Shown here: in pieces, positions 11,977 to 31,300 of the stretch | Numbering within the stretch: position 1 is the stretch's first letter | Layout of the letters: every line of letters begins with the position of its first letter | DNA from: Amoebidium appalachense | Lineage: Eukaryota > Protista > Ichthyosporea | DNA length: 64,000 nt | Direction of reading: 5' to 3' | NCBI GenBank assembly: GCA_963693365.1 | Contig: CAVNZM010000005.1 | Coordinates: forward strand, 10,148,334 to 10,212,333 | The notes under the pieces: generated by a model | Databases searched by the model: none | What the model saw: the letters and a program-made list of their open reading frames with translations, nothing else | What the model was told of the DNA's origin: nothing | Made by a program: the position numbers and the translations under genes

Positions 11977-13500
11977 ATGCCCTCTCGTTGTGCAGCAGAC
12001 CACTGCAAGGCCACTGCTGGGCCTGGTTGTAAGCAGGTGCTTATTCGAAGGCACAGTGCAGAGGTTGTTAGTTCGTGGTTTAAGTAAATACGGCCAAGGT
12101 ACACGGAAGATGACCTGAGGAAGGATCTAGGGGTGTGCCATGTCCATTTTCCCGAAGGGTCAATTGTGTTCGGCCCCACTGGGCGAGCAACCTTAGTGGC
12201 TGGGGCCATACCGTACACACGTGAGTAAGAGGAAGGACTACGCCGGCAGGCCGAAGACGCCAAAAGGCAGCGGGAAGCAGACTTGCTCTTGGGGGAGGAC
12301 GGACGCACCAAGCGTCGTCGCGAGCGGGAACAAAACGCATCGGTTGATGAGCTCAACAATCAGATCGGCACACTCAACATGGTGGTGGGGAAGCGAAACA
12401 AGCAGATTTCAGACACGGACTCGGAACTCAAACAGTTGCGGGACAAATGTGCCGTTTTGGAAGCACGTATGGAGACTGTTGAGCGCAAAAACGAGAGTCT
12501 TGGTCAGCCTCTGAAAGAGAAAGAGATCAACTGCATCAGCAAACTCACCTACGATGGTGTTGTGCAGTCGGACTTCAAAACTCGTTTCTACACACATTTC
12601 ACAACGGGCAATGCGTTCAAAGCGTTCATTTTGCTCTGTTTCGAATTTCACCTCCACCTTCTGTATATGGGGGTCGACCCAGTTACCGGGGTGGGGGCTC
12701 GGGGCCCAAAGAGAGCACTGTCGTTTGAGAACGCAATCCTGCTGGTGCTTGTGAGACTGCGGCACAATTTCCCGTTTCACCACATGGCCTTCCTGTTTAA
12801 CATAGGTGAAAAGACAACACGAAAAACGTTTTGGCGGGGCTTGTATTTGCTTAAATGCATGTTCGAACACCCTCTTTTGGATATACTACAAAACGGTGCT
12901 TTTACTGCAGCCGCCGTAACTGCAAACGCCCTGCCTTGTTTCAAGCAAAACTATCCTCATGTCGCTATGATTTTGGACTGCACGGAATTCTTTATTCAGG
13001 TGGCTAGTAACACAGTGACTGAGCTCCAAAAGCTTACATACTCCAGATATAAAGGACACAACACTGTAAAAGTTTTAGTTGCCATGCTTCCCTCTGGTGA
13101 AGTATTCTATGTATCATCGTGTTATCCAGGTAGAATAAGTGACCGTCTTATTACTGATGTGTCGGGCATAATAAAAAAATGCTGGCCTGGTGCACAGGTT
13201 ATGGCAGACAAGGGTTTCCTCATAGAAGATCTGCTCAAACAAGCAAATATGCACCTTGTTATCCCTCCCTTCCTTGCAAAGGGAACAATCTTCTCACAGG
13301 AGGAGCTGGCCTCCACCCGTGATATTGCCGCTGTGCGGATTCATATTGAGCGGGCTATTGGGCGGGCGAAGGAGAACAAGATCCTCACGGATACTGTTCC
13401 CATCACCATGGTGCCCAATCACTCCCAGGTTGTCCGAGTTTGCTTTGGGCTTACACGCTTCCAAGGCAAACTCGTGCACTGGGAGGAAGAAGCCCCATAA
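11977..13500 (+). pseudogene. THAP + HTH + DDE_Tnp_4-type (IS5/Harbinger superfamily) transposase with two in-frame TAA stops in the N-terminal part
   Basis: One frame from ATG 11977: MPSRCAADHC...W...VCHVHF...AIP (THAP C2CH and AVP box), a coiled coil, then LLVLVRLRHNFPFHHMAFLFNI (HTH), ILDCTEFFIQ, YSRYKGHNTVK, YPGRISD, VMADKGF, RIHIERAIGRAK. Stops at 12085-12087 and 12226-12228; 12229-13500 is open. Confidence 0.92.
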
Positions 13501-14140
13501 TAAAGCTAATTGTTTTTGTCCCCTCCAGCCCCTCCCCCCCCCCCCCCTCCCCCCCTTCCCCCTCCCCCCTTCAGTTACCCAGTCCCCGTGAAAAAATATG
13601 TATATATAAAAATACCAACATAAACAAATGGCGTGTGTTTATGTTTTTCACTGAAACGGGGGGAAGGGGGGGGGGGGGGGGGGGAGGAGGGGAGGAGGGG
13701 AGAGGGGGAAGGGGAAAGGAAGCCTTTAGAAAAACACGAGCCCGACAGAGAGGGAAAAAAACGAAACCTTCCTGTCTCCCCCCCCCCCCCCCCCTTCCCC
13801 CCCAGGGCTCTCCTCCCGCCTATTCTTCCCACACACAACCACTACACATTCCTGGGTGCGCACGCACGCACGCAAGCAAGCAAGCACGCACGCACGCACG
13901 CACGCACGCACAGACGCAAGTCCTTGTCACCTCAGTAGTTGTGGTAACAGTAGACCTTCATTCGTTACAGCACATGGCATACATAACCTAGTGCACAGCA
14001 CTGCCTAGTTACAATTTTCATTACATTTATACAGAACACAAACACCATTATTATCCTTAACCGGTTATGGTTACCATATAGCAGTACTACTAGCGTTACT
14101 AATTTATAAAAGAGATTTATCGCTTTACATCGATCTACCT

Positions 14141-15006
14141 TTACTTTCGAGCGAGTACAGATGCCTTTGCGGCCCGGGCCTCTCTGGCATACACATCATT
14201 TATATTATCTATTAATTTCATCAACGATTTAAAATAATCTGCATTCACGGCCACATTAGCATTCAGCAATGGATTCTCGCGCAAGAAAATATGATTCATA
14301 TGACACCCTACTTCCTTCCTCTTAAACTTGCCCCTATCTTTTTGCCCAGACCCCCCTCCACTCTGGCCATCACCGTCAAGATCCATTTCACCCTCATCCC
14401 CACCCCCGTTCCGTTCCCTGCCATCACCTACCCCACCACCTTCCCCAACCTTTCCTTTTCTTGTAGGCATGTGAGGCTCCCTTCTTTGAAAAATATACTG
14501 CTCGATGGGTTTTATAATATCTTTCGACATCTGCCCCGATGGAACTCCCCACCGTTTTTGTTGGCTAGTGCTTGCAAACAACTGTGGTTCATCCCCGGGG
14601 ACCCGACCAGAGAGCCTCACAATATCGGCGTTTGTGTGTATGAGTGCAGCTTGGTGTGTGCATGCAATGCGAGCCTGTGGACACTGACACCTCGGTGACC
14701 ATCTATCACCTTCTTCACCACGTTGTTCTCCTCCTCCAGCTCCAAATGCAGATAGGCGACATAGAAGTCCGTGGCCATGGAACGGGGCACTAAGCCTCGC
14801 AGAAGTACCTTGCGGCCGTCCTTGCAGTAGGAGACCGCCAGGTACTCACTGCACGACATTGCCCGCCGCCAACTGCGAACAAAATTCTTGAGGGGGAAGT
14901 GCTGCATGATTACCTGCACATGTGTATATAGGTGTCCGCGCAAGCACGTGTGTAGTGTGGATATTCACAGTGTGTGTAGGGAGAAAGCGCGGGAAAGGGG
15001 GACGAA

Positions 15007-15040
<34 letters not shown>

Positions 15041-15815
15041 TGTCAGTCTTTATTTATTCCCAATACCCCCTCCCCCTTCTCCCCACCCCCCTCCAACTCC
15101 CACTCACCCCCCCCTTCCTCCCTTCCCCCGGGTCCATAGTCCTCCATCCCTCGGCCTTCATCTCTTCTGTACCCCTTTTCCCCTTTACCCAAGAATCCCA
15201 GCCCCCTCTCCTTCCGAACTGCACTGACATATCTATCTCCTTGCCCCCTGCCCCCCCCTCCCCCCCCCCCCCTTCCTCCCCCCTCCCCCCCCCCCCCTCC
15301 CCCCCCCCCCCCCCCCGAGAAACCATCACTCTTATCTACACCCTCCCCCCCCTCCACTCCCCTCTTCGTTTTCTTTTCTACCTCTCTCCCCTTCGAGCTT
15401 CTTTCCCACACACCTTCCTACCTTCACTCTCCCATCTTTATCCCCCCCCCCCCCCCCCCTCCCTTTTCCGAGCTTCACTCCCTTAACTACTCCCCTTCTC
15501 CCCCCCAACCTTCCACCGGGGCTTCTTCTCCCCCCCCCCCCCCCCCCCCCCCGGCTTTACCATCATATGTATGTGTAGAACCATACCCTACCTCATCTGC
15601 CCATCAAAGACAAAAACAGGCACAGGGGTAGCTCCCAATCCATGTTGCCAGAAGTGTATTTCTTTTTTGAACTTTTCGGTTATCTTTTCCACTATTGCTT
15701 TTGGTAACACTATTGTGTGTGGGCTGTCAGATGTGTGCAATAACATAGCTAGTTCATGGCTTTCCTTCGACTTTGCAGGTACACTACTAAGGGCCTTGTG
15801 AAGAATAGCACTAGC
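14141..15815 (-). pseudogene. Transposon second gene encoding a SWIM zinc-finger protein (frameshifted, intron-containing)
   Basis: After the acceptor near 14914: VLLRGLVPRSMATDFYVAYLHL...VIDGH, then a frameshift near 14690 into CQCPQARIACTHQAAL (CxC...CxH SWIM) and ASTSQQKRWGVP. An open upstream exon at ~15815-15592 reads ASAILHKAL...HFWQHG...DGQM, but its splice phase is unresolved. Confidence 0.7.
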
Positions 15816-16555
15816 TAATCAATGCCCACCCGCTTGTCACAAACTAGAGAGCTCGGCAAAAGTGCACCCCTTTTCTTTTTCTCCGTCAGGCCAACCACTG
15901 GTAAAAGATATCAAACCCCATTTTTTACGTTTACTTTTCGTGTGCTTGTTTTGTTCTCGTGGCCTTTTCGTTTTCGTGGATCGATATGCGAACGCACATT
16001 TTGGACCCTTGCCCTCCTTCTCGGAGCGATCGCCGCTGTGACGTCATTGTTACTGAACCCCTATCATATGATGATAATGCTTGCCCGATCAGCTCTCACA
16101 CAGTCGTGGAAAAAAAAGGAAAATAAAGTAGAAGACCAAGTTTCCAGATCAAAACCACGTAGTGATGGTTTTATATCAGTATCTTAGTCATAATCCTGAC
16201 TAAAAAACCAGCTTAGCATTGCGCAATGGACATCGAAATAATTTATCAGTGTGTACATCAGGGTACGCGGTGGCTGCCTGGTATTTCCTGGGAGCCAATC
16301 GCATGCCAGTATGGCACATCGTGTTACAATCGGCTGGCATTCCATTGTGGCCTAACAGATACGCAGAACACGTGCTCGTTGCAAAATTGTCATGTGGCCA
16401 GGGCGGTACCGGGTTACGGGTACAAAGCAACACATTTTGATAGAGCATAGGTAATAGTTGGTAAAACAAACGCGATACGTAGGCGTATGCACACGATGTA
16501 AACTTTGATCCTGCATCAGAATGGGCCCTGAACTGGGCTGTCCTGTTCACGCAGC

Positions 16556-16620
<65 letters not shown>

Positions 16621-16918
16621 ACATTTTACCCCTCCACCCCTTATAAGTTTCCCCTCCGCGATGTCACATTTGCCCTCCACCCCTCGGCGTCCCCCTCCGC
16701 AGAGTCATCTTTGGGCATGTTTTTATGACCTTGCGGAGGGGTGGCAGAGGGGTGTACCCGTCCGCGCACCCCTCTGCGGAGTCACAAAAACCCCTCCGCA
16801 CCCCTCCGCGATGTAAGAAAACCCCTTTGCAATGTCCTGTTTTATGGGCGGAGGGGTAACTCCGCGGAGGGGTAAAACTCACCCCTCCGCCGGCACCCCT
16901 CCGCCATCGTGTGTTACC
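16621..16918. repeat. Right subterminal array of ACCCCTC(C/T)GC motifs
   Basis: About 15 copies; the mirror image of the left array. Confidence 0.9.
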
Positions 16919-17723
16919 GGGGGGGGGGGGGGGGCTCTCGGGCGTTCCGATTCGGCCGGGACGATTTTCGGAACTTTGTTTTCAAATATCGGCAATTCCG
17001 AATTTTTTTCGTAACTTCGAACCCTGGATTAGACTTGGAGCTGATTGGCTGGATCTTAGTGCAGAATGCCAAATATGTAAACACTGTGCGCCACTCCAGC
17101 TGAGCCTGACGTGCACCACCTTCTGACCTTGCGTCGAAAAGTGACCCTGTTGGCCCAGAAAACGTCACACTTCTCAAGTGCGTTTGTGGTAGGCACGAAG
17201 GTTTTAGCTCAGCGTGCTATCGTGCAAAGATATAGTAAATTTAGAAGGTATGTAGAAAGATTAGAAGGAAAGGTCATTAGTTTCGCTTTGCTTGCTTGGC
17301 AGTGCACTTGGAACTGTCACAAGTCGCCCGAGATCACGCGCACAGTACTCAGTGTCAATCTTCGCGTTATTTCAAGTTCGGAAGCAGTTTCCACTCTCAC
17401 AGCTGTTATTGGACGCCGTGCATATAACTGTGAAGGCAAACGAGTTTTATTAGTTTGGCATATGTAGCTGGCATGTGCGAAAGGCATGCGTTTAGCGGAC
17501 GTACAACAAAGACATCAGGTTAAACATTTTGAATCGGTTCAGTGTTTTTCGACGCGGCAGTCCGTCAAGGTGGTCTTAGCAAAAATAGTCTACTAGGGCA
17601 CCAGCGGACGGTAACATAGGTGAATCCTGAAGCATTTTAGGGACACACACGCGCGCGCACAGACACACCCTCACGCTTCTAAGCAGAAACCTTAATTAGT
17701 TTGGTAAAGCACAAACATTGAAA

Positions 17724-23447
<5,724 letters not shown>

Positions 23448-24356
23448 ATCTACATCTAGATTGGTGACATCTGGATCTAGTTCTGGATCTAGGTTGGCGG
23501 GTGGATGGAGGTCTGGATTGGAGAGATGTGCGGTGGGTGGAATGGGGATTGAGATGAGATTTGAGGGGCGAAGGGAATTTGATCAGATGGTGATTTTTGT
23601 GTGCTGGTTGTAACCAATGGAGAATGCTTTGTAGATGCCTAGCATTTTGTTGGTGCGTGCGGTAAAGATACTTTTGATGGTCTCTCTCTATAAATAATCC
23701 TCTCTCTCTGTCTCTCTATCTCTCTTTTTATAATCTTTTGTTTGTTCCTTATGTAGCTTGCGGCATCAATTACAAATTTGCGGTTTTTGGCCTTTAGGAC
23801 TCAGGCCTCACGTATACTTTGCCAGAAAAACTCAGTGAGATATTCTTTCATTCAATCCCTTTGCAAACGTTTGGCTCGACTCTTTGAATAATCTCATTTC
23901 ATAACAAGGAACCATACACGGTGTTCTTCTTTCTCTTTTTCCTGTTTTCTTTCTTTCTTCTTCTTCTTTTTTTTTTTTTTTGGGAGGGGGTGGGGGGGGG
24001 GGGCTACACTGCCCGTCCGGCTGCATTGTTTCGGAATCGTGATATGATATATGTTAGAGGTGTGCGTTGGATTGTTCCGTATGTAGTGTTTGCCGATGCA
24101 GAAACGTTTATCGCAATGCACATAATCATGATACATACAATGATATCTTTCTTTCCTGTACAAGTTAGTAAGAGAGCCACCGTCACGATTGATGGTTCTA
24201 TTTTGAAATTCATCTACTAGCCCACTGGTACCAGCTATTATGTAGGTGCTCATGACCGTGAGGTGCAACTAAATAAATTAAATGTCGCCCTTCAATACGT
24301 TTGTGCACGTGGCCGCCAGAAGACCGAACCCTTCGGTCTTGAACATGATAAATAAA

Positions 24357-24430
24357 TGGATGGGGTTTACGATGTATACTCGAGGCAAAGAGAGACCAGT
24401 CTCAGGTATGGGGGTTTTTGCTCGAAATAT
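24357..24430 (+). repeat. Dispersed ~75-bp repeat, copy 2, preceded by hairpin AAGACCGAA-CCC-TTCGGTCTT
   Basis: Matches 6350-6425; hairpin at 24320-24340. Confidence 0.85.
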
Positions 24431-24635
24431 AGGCTTCTTAGGCTTGCAACACCATGTTGCATTTGTATATGAGTGATGCAATCGATCAAGTCGACGGATC
24501 CCGCCTCACCCCTCAACACCTCCCGCATCCCTCGCCTCCCCCCTTCTCCCCCATCCCCTCCCCCTCCCCGCCCCCTCCCACCCCCTTCCCCCCTGCCCCC
24601 CCAAACCCACAAACACACACAAACACACGGTCGCA

Positions 24636-24703
<68 letters not shown>

Positions 24704-24704
24704 A

Positions 24705-24741
<37 letters not shown>

Positions 24742-25769
24742 GTATCGTGCACACACACACAGAGAGAGAGAGAGAGAGACTCTGAGAAGCCCAACTCAAG
24801 CCATGGCCTCAACCCAACACATTTCCTATAGCCTCCCCAGCCACCACCACACACACGCCCGCATGTGTAGTTGGTATTTTGTGACTTGTTGTTACATGCT
24901 TTATATTTACGGGAGCTGTACGTGTGTTTTCAAATCGGAATATTCTTTTTTTGGTCCTTTTGTCTGAGCACGTGTCCAAACTTCCCCGTTGTAAATGTAC
25001 GCATTCGATGATCATGACACGTCACATTCCTCATGAACTGATAATAATTTACACTGCTACTACCGAATCGGGCACTTATATTGTGATTCGAAAACGCTTG
25101 TGCCGACACGCTTGTTGCAATAACTATCGATGAAAGCAGAGTCGTGCACTCCATACATGACCATCGTTTTCAACATGTTGCCGCGCATAAAAAAAAAAAT
25201 AAAAACAAAAATGAAAAACAAAAAAGAACATTTTGTACAGGCATCTTATTGGTGTGTCTCAATGACCTATATCGTATTATCCCTGCTAATTTTAACGGAA
25301 GAAAAAAGGTTTGCTCTGGACAGCCACAGGCGCCAGGCCCCGTCCCGTATATTTAACAGGCATAAGAGGAATATTGGTTTTTTCCGTCATACGGTACTAT
25401 CTCGGTGAATGTATTTATCTTAAGCTCAAGCAGACAACGAATTTATATCAATGTGTGCTACAGTAAACCTACTTTTTGATATATTCGGCAAGTAGAGGCA
25501 GGTGAAGTCAGCTAGAACAAATGACACAAAAACAAAGGCTTTGTCATGAAAGCGGAAAAAATAACGGGCATTTTTAACACAAGGCATGTCACTATACATG
25601 GGAGTCTCCAAATCTCTAATGTACTTAATCGATCGAGAAGGCGCAAGAAGAGGCAAGAATCCCGCCAATCACCTGTGGCGGTTAGATTCCTTACATCATT
25701 ATCGATCGACAATCGATTTGTCTTTATTTGATTAATCTCGCAGTCAAAAATAGTACCTTAATCCACTAT

Positions 25770-26194
25770 TCATTGGGCCTTAACCTCCGTCTCCTTAAGG
25801 CCGGGGTGGTCGGTCTGCCACAGGATGCTATATTTAGCATCAATCAGGGCCTGCCGCAATTGGGCGGCGTGGTCCCAATCACGTGTTTCCACGACACACT
25901 TCACCTGCACGCTGAAAACGTCTGTGTCCAACCAGGCCCGCTCGTGGAAGATATCCTGCAAATTTTGATTGGTTTGTTAGTTTTTAAAATGAGAGCATTG
26001 TCTCGAGATGTTTGCTAGTGGACTGATACGTAAAAACCACATGCGAGGTTTGAGAAATGCGTATCCTAGAAGACACCGAGAAAGCTAAGAAGGGAAAGTT
26101 GACGGCTTTATCGGGTGTGTGAATGAGAGTGAGAGTGAGAGTGAGATTGTCTTCGTGTCTTGGAAGAAGGGGGGGGGGGGGGGGGGGGGGGGGG

Positions 26195-26245
<51 letters not shown>

Positions 26246-27856
26246 GGGGGGGGGGGGGGGGGGGGGGGGAGGGGGGGGAAGGAGGGGGGGGGGGGGGGGG
26301 GGTGTTGAAGACGAACCTTGATACTGACTTCGCAGTTTCCAAGCAGCTCGGTCAGCTTTCGGATTCCTCCCGGCCGGTCACTGACGGTGGCCACAAACCG
26401 GCACAGGCGACCACTGGCAGCCTGAGGAATGCAAAAATGGGCAGATCGTGAGATTCAATTGGTAAATCTCACGATTGGTTGACTAAGTGCAAAAGGTGGA
26501 CAGGAATGCATCAAGATGCAAAACAAAAGATGAGAAAGGCAGGCAAATTGAAACAGGACAGGAGGAGAAACTAAACTCACCAATTCATAATGCAGAGATC
26601 TTGGAGAGAGAAAAAAATGGAAGGAGCTTGTCATCAAGCCTTATTGAGAGTGGTACTTGATCACATCACATGACATAGAACGAAAAAGATAACAGAACCC
26701 GACAGAGATTTTCAGCTAGTCCTTTTCGGTAGTATCCAAACCACCAAAGAGGGAAGATAAACGGTTGTTTAATATAAACAATACCCTCTTGGAAAAAACC
26801 GTTGTTAAGCATAGACAGAACAAGGAAAGAGACACTCACCAAACCCCTATCGATGCACCTGCCCAGTATGGTTGTGTCGATGTTTCCTCCACACAGCGGC
26901 ATCACCACCTTCTTGCCCTTCAGGTCGTCGAGAAGCCCCTCGAGGCACGCGGCCAGACTGCGTGTGTGCAAACAGTGAGTTGACTGGGCATGCAGGAAGT
27001 GAATATGTAGTTGTAGCATGCAAAAAGTAAGGACCATGCATGCAGGCATGACTATATAATGTGCATGCAATACCTCACTGTGTGTGTATTCGGACGGGGA
27101 TGAAAAATAACAAAAAAGCCGTGTGCAACATATCCTCAATGCTATTAGTGTGTGGGCATGTGGGTGTGTGGGTTGCTTGAGATGAGGTTGGGGGTTAAGG
27201 TTGGTGGGAAAGGCATGTGCGTTCGGGGTGATGAGTGAAGGGAGGGGTGGAGGTGGGGTGGAGGGGAACTTTTTTTGGGGGGGGGGAGGGGGGGGGGAGG
27301 GGGGCGAGGGGTTTTTTTTTTTGGTGGGGGGAGGGGGAGAGTGGGAGGGGGGGGGGGGGGGGGGGGGTATGGGGGGCTCCAACACATACCCACAGGCGCC
27401 TGCACCCTCTACGACACACTTCTCCATCTCGACCAGATTGAGTACAGCCATGGCAATGTACTTCTCACTGACCGTCAGCACACGATCTACTCGGTTCTTG
27501 GCTACCTCAAACGATCGCGCTGTAAAAAAAAAAAAAGAGAAATAGGTGGTTAGCAGGCGGCGATGTTTGTGTGTGTACATTATATATGACTTGACATGCT
27601 GCAGCAGAAGAAAGAAAGGGACAGGAAGTGAGGAGGAGAAGGGGGCGGGAGGAGCAGGTGAAAGGGGGGAGGAGGAGGAGGAGGAGGAGGAGGTGGTGGT
27701 GGTGGTGGTGGGTGGTGGTGGGGGGAGGGGGGGGGGGGGGGGGGGGGCTGGGTTGGGACGGAGGGTGGGGGGTGGGGGGGGGATCCCCGATATTTATTTC
27801 TGTATCTACGTGGTGGGTGGGTGTGTGTACGAGTATTTCGAGGTATTAAAGAAACA

Positions 27857-27891
<35 letters not shown>

Positions 27892-28871
27892 CTGGTAACT
27901 CACGTCCAACAGTGGGGACAGCCAAACCATCAGCCAGAGAGGAGACGGAGGGGGTTTCAACCACGTGACCGGCCTTCATTGCAGCCGCAAAACTGGGGCA
28001 GTTCTTGGACTCAACGGCCTTAAGAGGAAAGAGAGGAAGGAGGGGTTAGAATGTGTTACATTGTTCAATATAGACATGCACTACGGAAAACACAATGCAG
28101 ACTTTGCAAAGCACACACTAAGAGTATGCATAATAAGTAGAAAGTCAAGTAGCCCATTCACAGGCGGGGGCGAAAGTCATCTAGAGAATCCGAATAGCGA
28201 TTGATTCACCCTGCTTTACAAGCCAATGCAGACAATGCTTCACTGGGAGGAGGGGAGAAGGGGGTGGGGGGGGAGAAGGGGGGGGGGGGGAGGGGGGGAG
28301 AGAGAGAGAGAGAGAGACGGGAAAGGGGAAAGTCATGGTTCCCGGGTGATAGCAGTGTGTGTATGGGTGAAAGGGGGAGGGAGAGAGAGAATTTTGTATG
28401 TTTCGGGTGGAGGGCAGAGGTGGACCGTATCAGGGGGGTCCCGGGTGGGTGGGTGGGTGGGGGGGGGGGGGGGGGGGAAGGGGAGGCGGGGGGGGGGGGG
28501 GGGGGGAGGTTAAGGGAGGGTGGGGGGAGGGGGGGGGGGCGTAGGAGACTCACAATGACTTGAACCTCTGGGCGCATGTTCTTCATCACCAGAGCAATAC
28601 CTAAAAGGGTTAATAGAAGTTAGCCGTGAGAGGGGCAATCTTTCACACCAGAAACAAAAACATTTGGCACTTTGCCCCAAGCAACACTCGATACCAGTAC
28701 TCAGTTTACTTTGCAACCCACCTCACCTCCCCAAAGCACACACACACACACACAGAAACATATGAAACTTCGTGCAGTCGATACTCATACTAAGTTTACC
28801 CGGCAATCACCCCTCCACCCCCAAACAAACACACACACAACCAAACACACCCACGTTATTCCCCTCCCCCC

Positions 28872-28904
<33 letters not shown>

Positions 28905-29195
28905 TTTCCCCTTCCTCCCCCCTCCCTCCCCCCCCCCCCCCCCCCTCCCCTCCCCCCACCCACCCACCCACCCACACCCCCCCCCACACACACCTGCCAA
29001 AAGGCCGGCACCTCCAGTAGGCACGATGATTGCGTCGCAATCCTTCACCTGTTGCAGAATTTCAAGCGCCATCGTGCCCTGACCGGCAATAATCGCCTCG
29101 TCATCGTATCCGTTGATGTATTGGAGCCCCTGTTCGCTCGCCATCTGCATGGCCAATGTCTTGGCCTCGGCAATGTTGGCACCGTGGAGCTGTAT

Positions 29196-29237
<42 letters not shown>

Positions 29238-30116
29238 TTGTGTGTATGTACGTGTGTGTGTATACGTGTGTGTGCGGGTGTGTGTATGCCAAAGCGTGGG
29301 AGAGAGGAAGGAGAAGAGAAGAGGTAAGCGACTGCCCATACCACGGCACTATGAGGAGTACCTATGTTGTTCATGTGGACACACGTACACATGCGCTATG
29401 TACGATTATGTGCATGTTCGAAATATTGGTTGGTTGTTGAAAAGAAAGAGCATGAAATTTCTGAGGTTTAGCAGCAGGTATTGTATGCGGTGGCATTCAA
29501 GCTAAAAAGTAGCCCAGTGCCAAAAATAGCTGCACCCACCCACCTTCACGTTTGCGCCAAAGGCCCTGCACTTTGAGACCTTCATGATGGGGGCAGTCAG
29601 GGGCATCACCACCGTCACGGGAATTCCGAGCTGCAGACCGTGATAGGCCAAAGCCAGTGCGTGGTTGCCTAAAAAGCATACCAAGAGTCAGTGAAATTTG
29701 ATCACCCTTAGATAAATTAGCTGTCAAAATGGAAAAAATACCAGGATGAATTGGGTGAATTGGGTGGGGGGTTTTGGGGGCGCGCCGGGGGGGAGAGGGG
29801 GGGGGGGGTCCAATAAGAAAACCACACAGTCATGACCATTGTAATTTCAAATCACTGCATTTAAGCACAAAGCATAGCAAATGCATCGCCCAGGTGTGTC
29901 CCTGGAGAGTGGCGGCAAAAGGTAGGCAGGACTATAAGGTGGCAGACGGCTGTATGCAGTGGGGAGGGTGCCCTGGGCGGGGGCAGGGGGAGGGGAGGGG
30001 GGAGGGGGGGGGAAAGAGAGAGAGAGAGGGGAAGGCTTGGGGATGATCGGGGAAAAGGCGGAGGGGGTGGGTGGGTTGGGACGTACGTGCGTGTATGTGG
30101 AGGTGGGGTGGGGAGG

Positions 30117-30168
<52 letters not shown>

Positions 30169-31300
30169 CCGGAGAGAGAGGGGGGCGGGAGAGGGAGAGG
30201 GAGGGGGGAGGGAGGCGGGGAGGGGGAGGGGAGAAGGAAATACCTGCGGAGGCAGCAATGACTCCCAGCTTCTTCTGCTCAGCAGAAAGCATTTTGAGGG
30301 CGTTACGGCCACCACGCTCCTTAAAGCTGCACCCAAAAATCACACGCACATCAGTGGTTGCTTTAATCACGTGGTCTTGAACTACGTGTTGCTGCCGGTT
30401 CCATTTCAGCTCATCTTTACTCTTTTTCTAAAGGTAGCCTTATGAGCAGAACCATCGGACGGACCGTGTGTGGGTGTGTGTGTGGGGGGGAGGTGGGGGG
30501 GAGGGGGGGGTTGGTTGGGATGGAGGGGGGAGGGAATTGGAGGAGGACGGGACAGGTGTTCATTACGTAGAAGGTGTGGGAATGTGGCTGGCAAAAGCAG
30601 AAGTTGCCTCTTTAAGGAAGCGTGAGGTGGTAAAGAAAAGGAAGCTCCGGAGAAGAGAAGGGCAGAGTAATAGAGGTGGTGGTGTTAAGTTTTTTTTTTT
30701 TTTTTGGGGGGGGGGGGGGGAGGTTGGGAGGGGCAAAGCATATGGACTGACCATCGGTTGTGGTGCGAAGGAACTCAGAACGGGCAGGTGAGGGCTTGAC
30801 GGGGCTGTGGGGGGGTGGGGGGGGGGGGGGAGGGGGGCAGGGCACAAACCTTCCTGTGGGCAGACGAAAGTCCTGCTTGAAGTAGATGTCCATGCCCGTA
30901 AGCAGGCGCAGCTCCACAGATGCGCGCACACAGGGGGTGACCTGGATCTCATCTTGGATTCTGAGCTGTGCACTCACAACATCTGATGGTGGAAAACGAG
31001 AGATCAGTACACCGTTTTTCAAACAATTCCCTCGAGATCTTCCCCCCATTCCATCCGGGAGTTCAAACCTCGTGCCCGCTCGCACACGCACAAGACACAC
31101 ACACCTTCGTACATACCCTTAAAGTGGACCTTGGAGGGCCTCGTGGCGTTTGGGGTGCCCGGCAGGCTCGAAGTGCTACTTGAGTTCGATAGTGTGGGTG
31201 TGAGGGTGACCGAGGCCTCCTTTACGGTGGAAACGTCAACAGGCGCGCAGCCATTTGTGGTGGATTGTGCCTCCATTGTGCTGTTGTCACCAAGAGACAT
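25770..31300 (-). CDS. ilvA: PLP-dependent L-threonine ammonia-lyase (threonine dehydratase) with C-terminal ACT-like domain, 473 aa, 11 exons
   Basis: Exons 31300-31117, 30982-30850, 30326-30244, 29668-29544, 29189-28994, 28600-28554, 28018-27904, 27519-27390, 26957-26840, 26421-26317, 25955-25770; all GT-AG with consistent phases; 1422 nt. Motifs [62 protein letters not shown]. Confidence 0.95.

Noticed and set aside
12085-12228. TAA/TAG-to-Gln genetic code reassignment suggested by the transposase stops
   Set aside because: Host exons contain no in-frame TAA or TAG, syntaxin ends in TAG right after its TM helix, and the transposase itself ends TAA TAA.
30983-31100. ORF-track extension FELPDGMGG...RFPPS as ilvA coding sequence
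   Set aside because: It lies in intron 1; the phase-1 join gives [14 protein letters not shown], which fits the family.
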